In this document: positions 28,412-37,961 of the stretch, one piece after another | Numbering within the stretch: the first letter of the stretch is position 1 | How the letters are laid out: every line of letters begins with the position of its first letter | IMG/VR virus record: IMGVR_UViG_3300047462_000385 | Coordinates: 62,001-126,000 of that record | Length of the DNA: 64,000 nucleotides | Origin: an uncultured virus (IMG/VR IMGVR_UViG_3300047462_000385) | Lineage: Duplodnaviria > Heunggongvirae > Uroviricota > Caudoviricetes | Strand: one strand, 5' to 3' | Program-made: the position numbers and the translations under genes | Notes under the pieces: model-generated | What the model was told of the DNA's origin: nothing | Seen by the model: the letters and a program-made list of their open reading frames with translations, nothing else | The model's database searches: none

Positions 28412-28864
28412 ATGAGTGCTCGTAATTTATTCAAAGTGGCGGAAAAACTAGAGAAAAAGTATCTTGCATCTGAAGCACAAATGCAAGAAGGCTTTGGTAC
28501 AGGTTTAGATGACGTGTCTAAGGTTACCAATTCATTCAGATTATTAACTGAGTTAGTTACCATGATTCAGAGATTCAAGGATAGATTGAAGACATACCCT
28601 GTTGCTGAAGTGCCAGCCACTAATATACTTACAGGTTATAATGCAATCCGTACTATGATGCAAAGAGCCTGGAATCCATCAATTCAAGGATACGACTTAG
28701 ATAACACTAAAATTGTTAATATAAAAAGATTCTTAAGTTCTGTATTGGAAGATGTGGGACAGGTTATTCCGGTCCTAAAGAGCATTGCTCCAGATCAATC
28801 GGGCAAACTAGATCAGTATCTAAATTCTTTAAATTCAAATATTTCACAAATCAAAGCAGGGTGA
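28412..28864 (+). CDS. Hypothetical helical protein
   Basis: 150 aa ORF. Confidence 0.7.
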   Translation: MSARNLFKVAEKLEKKYLASEAQMQEGFGTGLDDVSKVTNSFRLLTELVTMIQRFKDRLKTYPVAEVPATNILTGYNAIRTMMQRAWNPSIQGYDLDNTKIVNIKRFLSSVLEDVGQVIPVLKSIAPDQSGKLDQYLNSLNSNISQIKAG

Positions 28865-28960
28865 TGTGGATACAATGAGCTACATAATTCTTGGAGTTAT
28901 TCTTGCAGTAGCTCTTTATTATAATTTACGTAAAGACGATTAACAATTTAGGAAAGTAAA

Positions 28961-29443
28961 ATGGATATCGTAACAAAAGTTGCCCTAGCTGGTGGCTTGT
29001 TTGCAGTATTTACTTTTGTTCACTTCTTTGTGGACTGGGTTTTGCAAACGCACGCTGAAGCTATGGCGAAACATAACAACCCTTGGGTTCGAGCACGCCA
29101 CTGCCTCATCTATACGATTGGCTTCGTTCCTATGATGGTGTTGCTTCATTTTCAGGCTTGGGAGTGGGTTGTTGGATTAAACATTCTGTTCTGGTCTCAC
29201 TTTGTCGAAGATACTTATATTCCAGTGTATCTTTGGGCAAGATACATTCGCAGACCACCTGAGATGGTGATGCCAACGAAACAGACCGGACTAGATGGTT
29301 ATGTTACCATTTTGCCGCCCGATCCTAAAAAAGGATTTGTAGAATTCATTTCGACGCCACTTGGTAAGATTCTTATGATTGCAATCGATCAAATCATTCA
29401 CTTGGCATTTTTGTTCCCTTTAGTATGTATGGCATTGAATTAA
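28961..29443 (+). CDS. DUF3307-like membrane protein
   Basis: HFFVDWVLQ...H..IY...SHFVED...DQIIH. Confidence 0.8.
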   Translation: MDIVTKVALAGGLFAVFTFVHFFVDWVLQTHAEAMAKHNNPWVRARHCLIYTIGFVPMMVLLHFQAWEWVVGLNILFWSHFVEDTYIPVYLWARYIRRPPEMVMPTKQTGLDGYVTILPPDPKKGFVEFISTPLGKILMIAIDQIIHLAFLFPLVCMALN

Positions 29444-29444
29444 C

Positions 29445-29843
29445 ATGAACTGGGAAGAATTTAGAGATCTCATCGTTGATAATCTATCAGAAGATCTTTT
29501 AGATAAAAAGTATAGGGCTATACGTGGCAGGTCAGAGCATTTGCCGCATTCATTTGGTCACTGCTATGTTGCAAGTGAAGCTGCCTATTATTTGCTTGGT
29601 GGCAAAGAAGAGGGATGGAAAGCTCATTATGTCAAGCATATGGGATGCTCTCATTGGTTTTTAAAACACAAGTCTGGGTTCATTTTAGACTTGACCGCTG
29701 ACCAATTCAAATTTCCTATCGATTATAGTAAGGGTCGTGGTACTGGGTTTCTAACCAAAGAACCAAGTAAAAGAGCCAAGTTATTGATGAAAAGGATTGC
29801 CATTTCTCCTACTTGGAAAATGTTTAAACTAATGACCCTGTAA
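29445..29843 (+). CDS. Hypothetical protein (possible Cys-His-Asp papain-like fold)
   Basis: GHCYVASE...HWFL...ILDLTADQF. Confidence 0.6.
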   Translation: MNWEEFRDLIVDNLSEDLLDKKYRAIRGRSEHLPHSFGHCYVASEAAYYLLGGKEEGWKAHYVKHMGCSHWFLKHKSGFILDLTADQFKFPIDYSKGRGTGFLTKEPSKRAKLLMKRIAISPTWKMFKLMTL

Positions 29844-29873
29844 AGACATATACTATCTTGATATAGATTGTAT

Positions 29874-30911
29874 ATGGTCAAGTCTTTTAATCAAATTAAT
29901 CCAAGGTTTAGACAATTGACAGATCTTCTATTCTTTTCTGATAGAATGGATTTAGATCTAAATAATTATAGGGCTATGTTAAGAGAAAAGCCCGAGAATT
30001 TTGCATATGCTTGGGACCGTTTCTTGAAGTGTTCCGAAATTTTCTGGGAAAACGGCGAAGAGTTTTGGTTCAATAGACTATCTTTCCTACTATCTTTGAA
30101 TGATAGGGCGCTAACCAAACGTCTAGATGAGTATCTAGAAACGAGAGCTTTTAATGCTTTCCGCGACAAACCAGAGGTTAATGTCAAGTATGACATTGAA
30201 TACCTTCAGTTTGTGGAGTATTGTAAAGTCAAGCATGCTCGACACGAGAGCCTTGCTACCATTAAAAATTCTTTAATGGAGATGCCGTCTCATATTAATG
30301 TAGACAAGCTTGTCTCTATTGTTCGTGACTTCACTCCATTTATCTTCAAAGACCTTGATGAATATGCCGGGGCAGTGGCTCAAAAAATTACCAAGTCAGC
30401 TCGTAGCTTCGAGTTATTGCTGGCACTAGAAGAGCGTGGGCTACATTTTGATAGACAGCCCATTGTTTGCCTTGTAAAAGAAATTGTGACGGTTCGCAAA
30501 CAAAACGATAAGAACCGTCGCGCCTTTTTTGCTATTCTTAATGATCCTAAGATGATGGTGCTATTGAAGAATGACTATGATTCAGTATTCAAAGATAGAC
30601 TTCGCGATCTATTAAGAACTTGTGATCATTGCCTTTTAGAAGAAAATCATCTTCGTAATTTCAAAAATGTAATTACATTGGATCCTTCGTTTGCTGATGA
30701 GTTGGCGATCATGTATGCTAATAAACTATACATGCGTACTACTGGTCATAAGAAAGCCAATGCAGATAGATTGATTAGACTTATGAAGATGATTCCGCAG
30801 GTAGTTCCTAAAAAGATTTTAGCTTACTTATCCTCTAAGAATAATATGACGGATATCAAATATATTTTAGTTTCTTTCCCCGAATTGAAAAAATTAGCCG
30901 CCTTCGTTTGA
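29874..30911 (+). CDS. Hypothetical alpha-helical protein
   Basis: Long ORF ending FPELKKLAAFV. Confidence 0.75.
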   Translation: MVKSFNQINPRFRQLTDLLFFSDRMDLDLNNYRAMLREKPENFAYAWDRFLKCSEIFWENGEEFWFNRLSFLLSLNDRALTKRLDEYLETRAFNAFRDKPEVNVKYDIEYLQFVEYCKVKHARHESLATIKNSLMEMPSHINVDKLVSIVRDFTPFIFKDLDEYAGAVAQKITKSARSFELLLALEERGLHFDRQPIVCLVKEIVTVRKQNDKNRRAFFAILNDPKMMVLLKNDYDSVFKDRLRDLLRTCDHCLLEENHLRNFKNVITLDPSFADELAIMYANKLYMRTTGHKKANADRLIRLMKMIPQVVPKKILAYLSSKNNMTDIKYILVSFPELKKLAAFV

Positions 30912-30920
30912 TGGCGAGCC

Positions 30921-30948
30921 TTGACATACAATTTTTAAGAATTACTTT
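30921..30948 (+). promoter_or_regulatory. sigma70-type promoter
   Basis: TTGACA-16nt-TACTTT. Confidence 0.7.
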
Positions 30949-30960
30949 GCCTGAGGTAAA

Positions 30961-31287
30961 ATGATCCACATTACTGATAAAGCTATTAGCAAAATCAAAG
31001 AAATCTCTGAAGCCGAAGGTGTTGGACACCTTACTGTCAGACTCAAGGTAGTTGGTGGTGGTTGCGCAGGATTTACGCAAGATATGCACTTTGATGATAT
31101 TGGCGCAAAAGAATTAGATGAAGTTATAGAGATGGACGGCGTTACCATCCTAGTAGACCCTATGTCTATGCAGTATATGGATGAAACCACTCTAGATTTT
31201 GTAGAGAGTCAGTTTGGTACAGGATTCAAGTTTTTGAACCCCAACGTCAAAAGTAGCTGCGGCTGTGGGAGTTCTGTAAGTTTTTAA
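30961..31287 (+). CDS. iscA: A-type Fe-S carrier (IscA/ErpA/HesB)
   Basis: GGGCAGF...F.F.NPN....CGCG.S. Confidence 0.93.
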   Translation: MIHITDKAISKIKEISEAEGVGHLTVRLKVVGGGCAGFTQDMHFDDIGAKELDEVIEMDGVTILVDPMSMQYMDETTLDFVESQFGTGFKFLNPNVKSSCGCGSSVSF

Positions 31288-31295
31288 GGTGTAAG

Positions 31296-31576
31296 ATGAG
31301 TAAGCATCCTGTAATTGATATTATCGTAAAAAAGAGTCCACATCTAGGCTGGATGGCAGACCGCACAGTATTGTTGGTTCGCCACGGCTCTAATGCCTAT
31401 GGTACCAACACAGCTAGCAGTGACGAGGACTTCAAGGGTGTTGCCATTCCTACTAAGGAATACTTCTTCGGCTCAAAACGCTTCGAACAGGCAGAGCTAA
31501 AAGCTCCTGACCCTGACGCGGTAATCTATGATATCCGTAAATTCTTTAGCCTGGCTGCTGACTGTAACCCAAACCC
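31296..31576 (+). pseudogene. Truncated 5' duplicate of the nucleotidyltransferase at 32598
   Basis: About 93 codons nearly co-linear with 32598 (HGS.AYGTN...SDEDFKG...AAD.NPN), then similarity ends abruptly. Confidence 0.9.
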
Positions 31577-31886
31577 CTTAAAATTATTGAAATCTCTAAT
31601 GCTGAAGGCATTGGACACTGTTGTGTTCGAGCTAAGGTTAGAGGCGGCGGGTGTGCTGGGTTTAGTTATGACATGGATTTTGATGATCAAGTCACTGATT
31701 CTGATGAGGTAATTGAAGTTACTGATTATTATGGGACTGTTAAGATTATTATTTGATGTGATATCTTATCAGTATTTAGATGACTCTACTATTGATTGGA
31801 TTGATAGTATGATAGGTGGCGTCTTCAAGTTTATTAATCCAAAAGCGACTGGGTCGTGTGGGCGCGGAAACAGCGTTTCATTTTAA
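31577..31886 (+). pseudogene. iscA pseudogene (5'-truncated, frameshifted, CGCG changed to CGRG)
   Basis: LKIIEISNAEGIGH...GGGCAGFSY..., frameshift near 31753, then ...FKFINPKATGSCGRGNSVSF*. Confidence 0.88.
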
Positions 31887-31893
31887 GAGTAAT

Positions 31894-32550
31894 TTACCAT
31901 AGTTCTTTTTTAGTTTTTTGTCTATGACAAAGGGCACAAAGAACTTGGCATTTACTAATTTCATTTTTTATTTTTTGTTGCGAATTGCCTAACATCAAGC
32001 TGACTGATTTTTCTTTATCAGCAATGTGATCAAATTCCATTTGCCATGACTGGTACTGAATATTGCAAACGGCACATGGTTGATTTTTGGCAAGTTTGAT
32101 AATTTCTCGATTCCTATCATAACAAGGATATAGTTTCTTCTTTTCTATTTCTTGTAATCTTTGGTAGGTTCTATTTTTATGACAGAGGACGCAAACCAAT
32201 TCACATTTGGTAATTTCTTCTTTAATCTTCTCCAAAGAAAAAGTTTCGTGAACCATTTTTGATACAGCCATGATCTTATCTGATAAGTGGTCAAAGTCCA
32301 TACAGAATGGTTCATACTTTTTGCCACAATCTTTGCAAGGATAATCTTTTAGTTTATCCACTTCTTGAGCAAGGTATTTTCTTTTAGAAAGATTGTTTTG
32401 GTAAATTCTGTCTTTGTTTCGCAAGTAATGACTTTGCTGATATTTCTTTTGGCACGTTTTACATTTATTGCTATGACCATCAGGCACACAACTCTTTTTG
32501 TGAAAATCACCTAGCTTTTTGTTTTCTTTGCACGTATTACACTGTTTCAT
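31894..32550 (-). CDS. Endonuclease with two tandem HNH-like modules
   Basis: CNTC...CKTC; CKDCG..MDFDH..CVLCH and CAVC..MEFDH..CALCH. Confidence 0.85.
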   Translation of the reverse strand: MKQCNTCKENKKLGDFHKKSCVPDGHSNKCKTCQKKYQQSHYLRNKDRIYQNNLSKRKYLAQEVDKLKDYPCKDCGKKYEPFCMDFDHLSDKIMAVSKMVHETFSLEKIKEEITKCELVCVLCHKNRTYQRLQEIEKKKLYPCYDRNREIIKLAKNQPCAVCNIQYQSWQMEFDHIADKEKSVSLMLGNSQQKIKNEISKCQVLCALCHRQKTKKELW

Positions 32551-32597
32551 GATTGCAACCCTAGCGATATATAGCATGGGTTAGAATTGATAGAATA

Positions 32598-33752
32598 ATG
32601 CAAAATCATCCCGTTTTAGATACTATTGTGAAAAATTCTCCACATTTATCGTGGATTACTAAAGGCACCTGCCTCTTAGTGAGGCATGGTAGCCATGCAT
32701 ATGGAACTAATGTCGCTACCTCTGATGAGGATTTTAAAGGTGTTTGTATTCCTACCAAAGAATATTTTTTTGGTTATACCAAAAGATTTGAACAAGCAGA
32801 GTTAAAAGCACCAGATCCGGATGCAGTAATTTACGATATACGAAAATTTTTTAACTTGGCAGCAGATAGCAATCCAAATATTGTAGAGGTTCTACATACA
32901 GATCCTAGCGACCACTTCGTCGTTGATTCCATTGGTGAAGTTATTCTGGAACATAAAGATGACTTCCTATCAAAGAAAATCAAGCATACCTTCCTTGGCT
33001 ACTCTGTTTCACAGCTAAAGAGAATTAAGACCCACAAACGATGGATTATGACTCCTCCGGTCGATGAGCCGACACGAACTGGCTTTGGATTACCGGAAAC
33101 CACTCTAATTGATGCGGGTCAGCTTGCAGCTGCTAGCGCGGAGATCCAGAAGGAGTTAGACCGATTCCAGTTCGATTTTATGGAAGGACTCGAAGAATCT
33201 CAGAAGATTGGTATCCGAACTACAGTCACCGAAATGTTAGCAGAGCTGAAGATTACTGCCGATCAGCACTGGATGAGTGCGGCTCGTAAGATTGGTCTCG
33301 ATGACAATTTCATTGAACTCATGCAGCGCGAGCGTATGTATACCAACGCTAAGCGTGAGTGGGATCAGTATCAAAACTGGAAGAAGACTCGTAACCCAAC
33401 CCGCTCTGCCTTAGAAGAGAAATATGGCTATGACACCAAGCATGCCTATCATTTGGTTCGATTGATTCGTATGTGTCGTGAGGTTCTGACCACTGGAAAA
33501 GTAGTCGTCAAACGTCCCGACCGCGAGGAACTACTATCCATTCGTAATGGTGCTTGGAGTTATGATCAGTTAATTGAATTTGCTGAGAGAGAAGATAAAG
33601 AACTCAACTCATTATACAACAGCACTAATGTTCTACCTAAGACTCCTGACAAAGAGAAGCTAGATAAGCTGTGCATTGAACTGGTAGAGAAATCTCTATC
33701 GAAGTACTCTTGGTATAACGTACAAAAAATGATTAATCGATTAGTAGGGTAA
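32598..33752 (+). CDS. Pol-beta superfamily nucleotidyltransferase (RlaP/PF10127-like)
   Basis: GSHAYG...SDED, NPN..EVL, YDTKHAYHLVRL, LLSIRNG. Confidence 0.88.
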   Translation: MQNHPVLDTIVKNSPHLSWITKGTCLLVRHGSHAYGTNVATSDEDFKGVCIPTKEYFFGYTKRFEQAELKAPDPDAVIYDIRKFFNLAADSNPNIVEVLHTDPSDHFVVDSIGEVILEHKDDFLSKKIKHTFLGYSVSQLKRIKTHKRWIMTPPVDEPTRTGFGLPETTLIDAGQLAAASAEIQKELDRFQFDFMEGLEESQKIGIRTTVTEMLAELKITADQHWMSAARKIGLDDNFIELMQRERMYTNAKREWDQYQNWKKTRNPTRSALEEKYGYDTKHAYHLVRLIRMCREVLTTGKVVVKRPDREELLSIRNGAWSYDQLIEFAEREDKELNSLYNSTNVLPKTPDKEKLDKLCIELVEKSLSKYSWYNVQKMINRLVG

Positions 33753-33753
33753 C

Positions 33754-34116
33754 ATGTTGGAACATATTATTGAAATAGTTTTCGGAGTCGGCGCTGCCAT
33801 CTTAATGTGGGATGTTTTCATCTCAGACTCTCTTTCGGATAGATGGAAATCTTTTCGCAAACGCAAGAGTGACATTTCTGATTCTGATAAGATTGCCAGA
33901 GTCAAACTCACATCAGATAGCGCTAAGGACATTGAAAAGTTCATAACCGACAATGCCCACAACCTATCTGATGAGATGGTCCAAAAGTTAGTAGAGCGTA
34001 TTGAGTTTCTTCATGCTGACAAAGCAATCTTTGAAGATAATTTGAAGACTCGTATCGATGCCATTCCAAATATGGTGGCAGCTCAGGAAGAAGCCCCTAA
34101 GAAGGCAAAAAGATAA
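33754..34116 (+). CDS. Membrane-anchored hypothetical protein
   Basis: N-terminal hydrophobic helix. Confidence 0.65.
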   Translation: MLEHIIEIVFGVGAAILMWDVFISDSLSDRWKSFRKRKSDISDSDKIARVKLTSDSAKDIEKFITDNAHNLSDEMVQKLVERIEFLHADKAIFEDNLKTRIDAIPNMVAAQEEAPKKAKR

Positions 34117-34134
34117 TAAAGTTGCATTAATAAG

Positions 34135-34476
34135 ATGGAAGTAGAGAAGTACCAAGTCTTTGTTTCAGCCCTAGCTGCTGAACAAATTACTAAGCAACTT
34201 GTTGCCCGAGGAACTCCTAATGCATGTGTAAGGTTAGGTGTTAAGGGTGGAGGCTGCTCTGGCTTCTCATATGTTTTACAATATGAGGATGCTTCTAAAT
34301 CTAAAGATTTAGTTTTTGAAGTAGAAGGCATTCACTTAATAGTGGATCGCAAAAGCATTCTGTATTTGGATGGCTGTACATTAGATTGGGAACAATCTCT
34401 AATGAATCAGGGATTTAAGTTCTTGAATCCTAATGTTAAAAGCCAGTGTGGATGTGGACACTCTTTTAGCGTATAA
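34135..34476 (+). CDS. iscA: A-type Fe-S carrier (IscA/HesB), second intact copy
   Basis: RLGVKGGGCSGFSY...NPNVKSQCGCGHSF. Confidence 0.93.
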   Translation: MEVEKYQVFVSALAAEQITKQLVARGTPNACVRLGVKGGGCSGFSYVLQYEDASKSKDLVFEVEGIHLIVDRKSILYLDGCTLDWEQSLMNQGFKFLNPNVKSQCGCGHSFSV

Positions 34477-34484
34477 GGAATGAT

Positions 34485-34709
34485 ATGATTCATGGGATCT
34501 ATTTGAAGAGCAGACCGAAAGCAGCGTGGCACTTGGTATCATTGGCTATCTCTCAGGAAGCTGCCAATCATGATTTGACCGAGTTTCTCAAACAAGCAAA
34601 AAAGGAAGGCAATGACCAAGCAGAAGTTGCTGTTCAAGTGTATGATTCTCCATTCTTCATTCCAGAAATATTGCACGATATAAAAGAGCAAAAAGTACTA
34701 TATAATTAA
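34485..34709 (+). CDS. Hypothetical protein
   Basis: AAGGA RBS, operon packing. Confidence 0.6.
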   Translation: MIHGIYLKSRPKAAWHLVSLAISQEAANHDLTEFLKQAKKEGNDQAEVAVQVYDSPFFIPEILHDIKEQKVLYN

Positions 34710-34712
34710 ATT

Positions 34713-35720
34713 ATGACTGATTTAGAAGAACGAACTCAATTAGAAATTGAATTTGCTGAGAAATTAGATTTTGTAATCCATCAATTAATATATTATAATT
34801 TCTCAGACGAAGATATAGTTGTTTTTACTGAAACGGTAAAAACTTTTATGGCTTATGTTGATCTAAAACAATTTATTATTGATGTTCTATATGATAAGGT
34901 CTGCGAGGCATCGAAGATCATTAAGCCCCACGATATGTCTCGTTTTCTATCTTACAGAAAATTAATCAGAGTTATTTTAGATTTGGGCGACAATGAATTG
35001 ATTGAACAGCTTGAGACTCATTTAGCCAAACACAATCATCCAGATCACTTTTTTGTATTTTTGGAAGAAAAAATTGCTAGAGGTATCAATACAGATAGCT
35101 CTGAGACAATTTTTATTGAACTTATCTATTTGAACCGAGAGGCTCAGATAAAAGTCATAAATAAGTTTCTTCGGCTTATTGATAAGGATCCAAGTTACTT
35201 TCTTAAAAAATTATTGGTTACTAAACTAGACAGGTCCTGGAATTTCTCAGTTAAGCGCTATATTTCTGAAGTTATAGCAAATGAGCCCGAGACTCTAGAA
35301 AATCATATAATTCCAACCCTTATACAACATTACGATAATGGACTAGAACATTATTTATCTATTATTGTTGAGATTATTTCAATAACCGATAAGTTTACTC
35401 GTTCCCTCATAGATGATAATAAGTGGAAATGTCAGGCAGCTTTGTGGTCACAGATTATTAATGGACTTACCTTCAATACAAAATTAGTAAAACACTTTTG
35501 TCTTTATTTAAAGGATCATTATCCAGATAAAGTGGAAGAATTTGAAGATTCCTTTTTAGATAATGCCGACCCAGATCATATTGTAAAATATGCGATAGAA
35601 GTTTCCTTTAGTAAAAAGAGGAAGATTTTACGAAAATTAATTGAACTTAAGAGTGAAAAATGGTTGGTAGAATTCATTAAAAATTTTCCAGAGTACAAAT
35701 CTTTATTGCCTTTGCTGTAA
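34713..35720 (+). CDS. Hypothetical alpha-helical protein
   Basis: 335 aa ORF ending FPEYKSLLPLL. Confidence 0.75.
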   Translation: MTDLEERTQLEIEFAEKLDFVIHQLIYYNFSDEDIVVFTETVKTFMAYVDLKQFIIDVLYDKVCEASKIIKPHDMSRFLSYRKLIRVILDLGDNELIEQLETHLAKHNHPDHFFVFLEEKIARGINTDSSETIFIELIYLNREAQIKVINKFLRLIDKDPSYFLKKLLVTKLDRSWNFSVKRYISEVIANEPETLENHIIPTLIQHYDNGLEHYLSIIVEIISITDKFTRSLIDDNKWKCQAALWSQIINGLTFNTKLVKHFCLYLKDHYPDKVEEFEDSFLDNADPDHIVKYAIEVSFSKKRKILRKLIELKSEKWLVEFIKNFPEYKSLLPLL

Positions 35721-35770
35721 TGTGTGATTGGGGCTGAGATATATAGTCATATGATATCTCAGAGAAAAGC

Positions 35771-36883
35771 ATGACCAATTCACTCAACTTGCCGGAAATA
35801 GACCAAGAGCAGGCGTTCAATCTTAGTAAGTTTTCTATCAGGGCACAACAAAATTTATTCCTCTTCGGAAGAAGGGGCGTTGGTAAAACTCATATAGTAA
35901 TTCAGGCAGCACAAGAGTGCAAGATGAAAGTCAATTACATTAACTTAAGTGTAATTGAACGACCCGACTTAGCCGGATACCCTAATATAAATGCTCCTGG
36001 TGAAGTTATTACATTCAAATCACCATCCTTTTTGCCGCGATTAGAGAAGGGAAAAGAACCCGATAGTGTTATTCTTTTCGATGAAGTAGATAAGGCGCCA
36101 TCAGAAGTTACGGCACCATTACTTGAAATTTTGCAATTCAAATCTATTAACGGGATTCCTATCAACGCTGCCTCTTGCATTCTAACTGGAAATCTTTCCA
36201 ATGAAGGAGCATACTCCAATCAGATTAGCAGTGCGTTATTGGATAGAGGATCCAAGTATATCCTATCTTTTAATTTTGAAAGGTGGGTAGATTGGGCGAA
36301 AGCCAATCAGGTTCATGATTTGATTTTGGGGTTCTTAAGAAGTGATCCCTCTTTTGCTTGTGGAAGCATTGAAGACTCTTGCTATGCCAGCCCTTCTCCA
36401 AGAGGTTGGATTCAAGCCTCTGATGCTTTGATTAAGGCTAAAGACCTAAAGATTGTTGATATAGAGACCGTCACTCAAATCATTTCCGGCTTTGTTGGAA
36501 ATGAGGCGGGGCTAAGATTCAAAATTTGGTATGAGCATTATCGTAAATTTGAACCATTTATTCATTCCCTAATTGAATCTGGAACGATGAAGTTTGACTT
36601 CCAGTCATTAGCTCCAAGTGAGAAGGTTGTTTTCGTAGTTTCTGCTTGCTATTTTGCCAAGCAAAAAGTTTTTTCAGAAGCTGCAAAATCTAAGAATAGG
36701 TTTGTATATCTAGAACACTTATGTAAATTTCTTACAGACTATAGTGTGGAGCACGAGGTTCAAGTCATGGGATTTTATAATTCCTTTGATTTTGATATGA
36801 TAACCAAGCATAAATTATATTCTTGTAAAGCTTTCTTCGAACACTTCAATAAGCTTAATGAAAACGTTACGCTAAAGAAGTGA
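35771..36883 (+). CDS. MoxR-type AAA+ ATPase, paralog of 25022
   Basis: FGRRGVGKT, INLSVIER.DL.GYP, FDEVDKA, APLLE, PSPRGW shared with 25022. Confidence 0.9.
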   Translation: MTNSLNLPEIDQEQAFNLSKFSIRAQQNLFLFGRRGVGKTHIVIQAAQECKMKVNYINLSVIERPDLAGYPNINAPGEVITFKSPSFLPRLEKGKEPDSVILFDEVDKAPSEVTAPLLEILQFKSINGIPINAASCILTGNLSNEGAYSNQISSALLDRGSKYILSFNFERWVDWAKANQVHDLILGFLRSDPSFACGSIEDSCYASPSPRGWIQASDALIKAKDLKIVDIETVTQIISGFVGNEAGLRFKIWYEHYRKFEPFIHSLIESGTMKFDFQSLAPSEKVVFVVSACYFAKQKVFSEAAKSKNRFVYLEHLCKFLTDYSVEHEVQVMGFYNSFDFDMITKHKLYSCKAFFEHFNKLNENVTLKK

Positions 36884-36893
36884 TGCCCCGTCC

Positions 36894-36921
36894 TTGACAC
36901 CCAATTTGTAAGATTTACTTT
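36894..36921 (+). promoter_or_regulatory. sigma70-type promoter
   Basis: TTGACA-16nt-TACTTT. Confidence 0.7.
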
Positions 36922-36947
36922 ACCCACACATAATAAGCGAGGCATCC

Positions 36948-37268
36948 ATGAGCGATGTAGTATACGTTGACGAGAATAATTTTGAAACTGAAGTCCTAAA
37001 GTCGGAAATGCCCGTATTAGTTGATTTTAGTGCGACATGGTGCGGACCATGCCAAAGGCAAATGCCTATTGTAGAAAAGTTTGCAACTGAGAACCTGAAT
37101 AAGGTTAAAGTCTGTAAGATTGATGTTGATGAATCTCCAGCCATTGCATCTAAGTTTGGCATTAAGGGAGTTCCTACAATGTTAGTCTTCCAACATGGTG
37201 AGAAGAAGGCTTCTCAAGTTGGATTAACTACATTAGATACTTTGAGGAAGATAGCTTTTGGTGCGTAA
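36948..37268 (+). CDS. trxA: Thioredoxin
   Basis: VLVDFSATWCGPC, GVPT. Confidence 0.95.
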   Translation: MSDVVYVDENNFETEVLKSEMPVLVDFSATWCGPCQRQMPIVEKFATENLNKVKVCKIDVDESPAIASKFGIKGVPTMLVFQHGEKKASQVGLTTLDTLRKIAFGA

Positions 37269-37294
37269 GTAATTATCGTACTACTTGTAATTCT

Positions 37295-37320
37295 AAGCCA
37301 GCTATATGCTGGCTTTTTTA
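37295..37320 (+). terminator. Rho-independent terminator after trxA
   Basis: AAGCCAGC-TATAT-GCTGGCTT followed by T-run. Confidence 0.8.
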
Positions 37321-37332
37321 TTGGGTGACATT

Positions 37333-37605
37333 ATGTTATTTGAAACTTTGATATTGCTAATATTGGCAGGGACCACTACAATTTTTATTGGCATCCCTTT
37401 ATTTAAAATGATACGTGATCTCCGCCCCAAAAGAAAAGATGCCCTAACAGAGGCTAAGCAAAGAGTAGAGCAAGCTCGCCTAGCGCTTGAAGCAGCTCGC
37501 TTGAACAAGGAAGCTGAGAAGACCAGCAAAGAAGCTGATAAAATTTATGAAGCATTGTATGAAGAAGCTTTAGAAGTATTTAGGCGAAGCGGCAGAGCAC
37601 CTTGA
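37333..37605 (+). CDS. TM-anchored coiled-coil protein
   Basis: Hydrophobic N-terminus then a helical charged segment. Confidence 0.6.
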   Translation: MLFETLILLILAGTTTIFIGIPLFKMIRDLRPKRKDALTEAKQRVEQARLALEAARLNKEAEKTSKEADKIYEALYEEALEVFRRSGRAP

Positions 37606-37961
37606 AAAAGGTATCATCTGCGCTTCTTTTCACACAGGATAAGTCGATGAAAGTTCTGACTAGAAAGCACTGTATCTTTATGGCTAAGTTGGCTATATGG
37701 GGTCATTTTGATAAAGAGAAAACACTTAATTGGATTAAGTCAGATTATCCAAATCACGGTGATGTTTTAGTAGATGACATAGTAAATGCGGTTTATGCTT
37801 TGCCCGAAGATGAGTTGTTAGCTCAGTTTAAATGCATGGATGATTCTATTAGTGCAGCCAAAGATGGTAACGGAATAAATAAAGATGATAAAGGCATAGA
37901 TGATGCAGATCGTGTCGTTATAGCCGCAATGAAAGTTATTTCCAAGGATATAAAGCTATGA
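37602..37961 (+). CDS. Hypothetical protein
   Basis: ORF overlapping PNKP start; true start may be the internal Met. Confidence 0.55.
   Translation: MKKVSSALLFTQDKSMKVLTRKHCIFMAKLAIWGHFDKEKTLNWIKSDYPNHGDVLVDDIVNAVYALPEDELLAQFKCMDDSISAAKDGNGINKDDKGIDDADRVVIAAMKVISKDIKL

Noticed and set aside
31296..31712. 138-aa ORF as a real protein
   Set aside because: Its last ~44 residues are out-of-frame read-through into the iscA pseudogene
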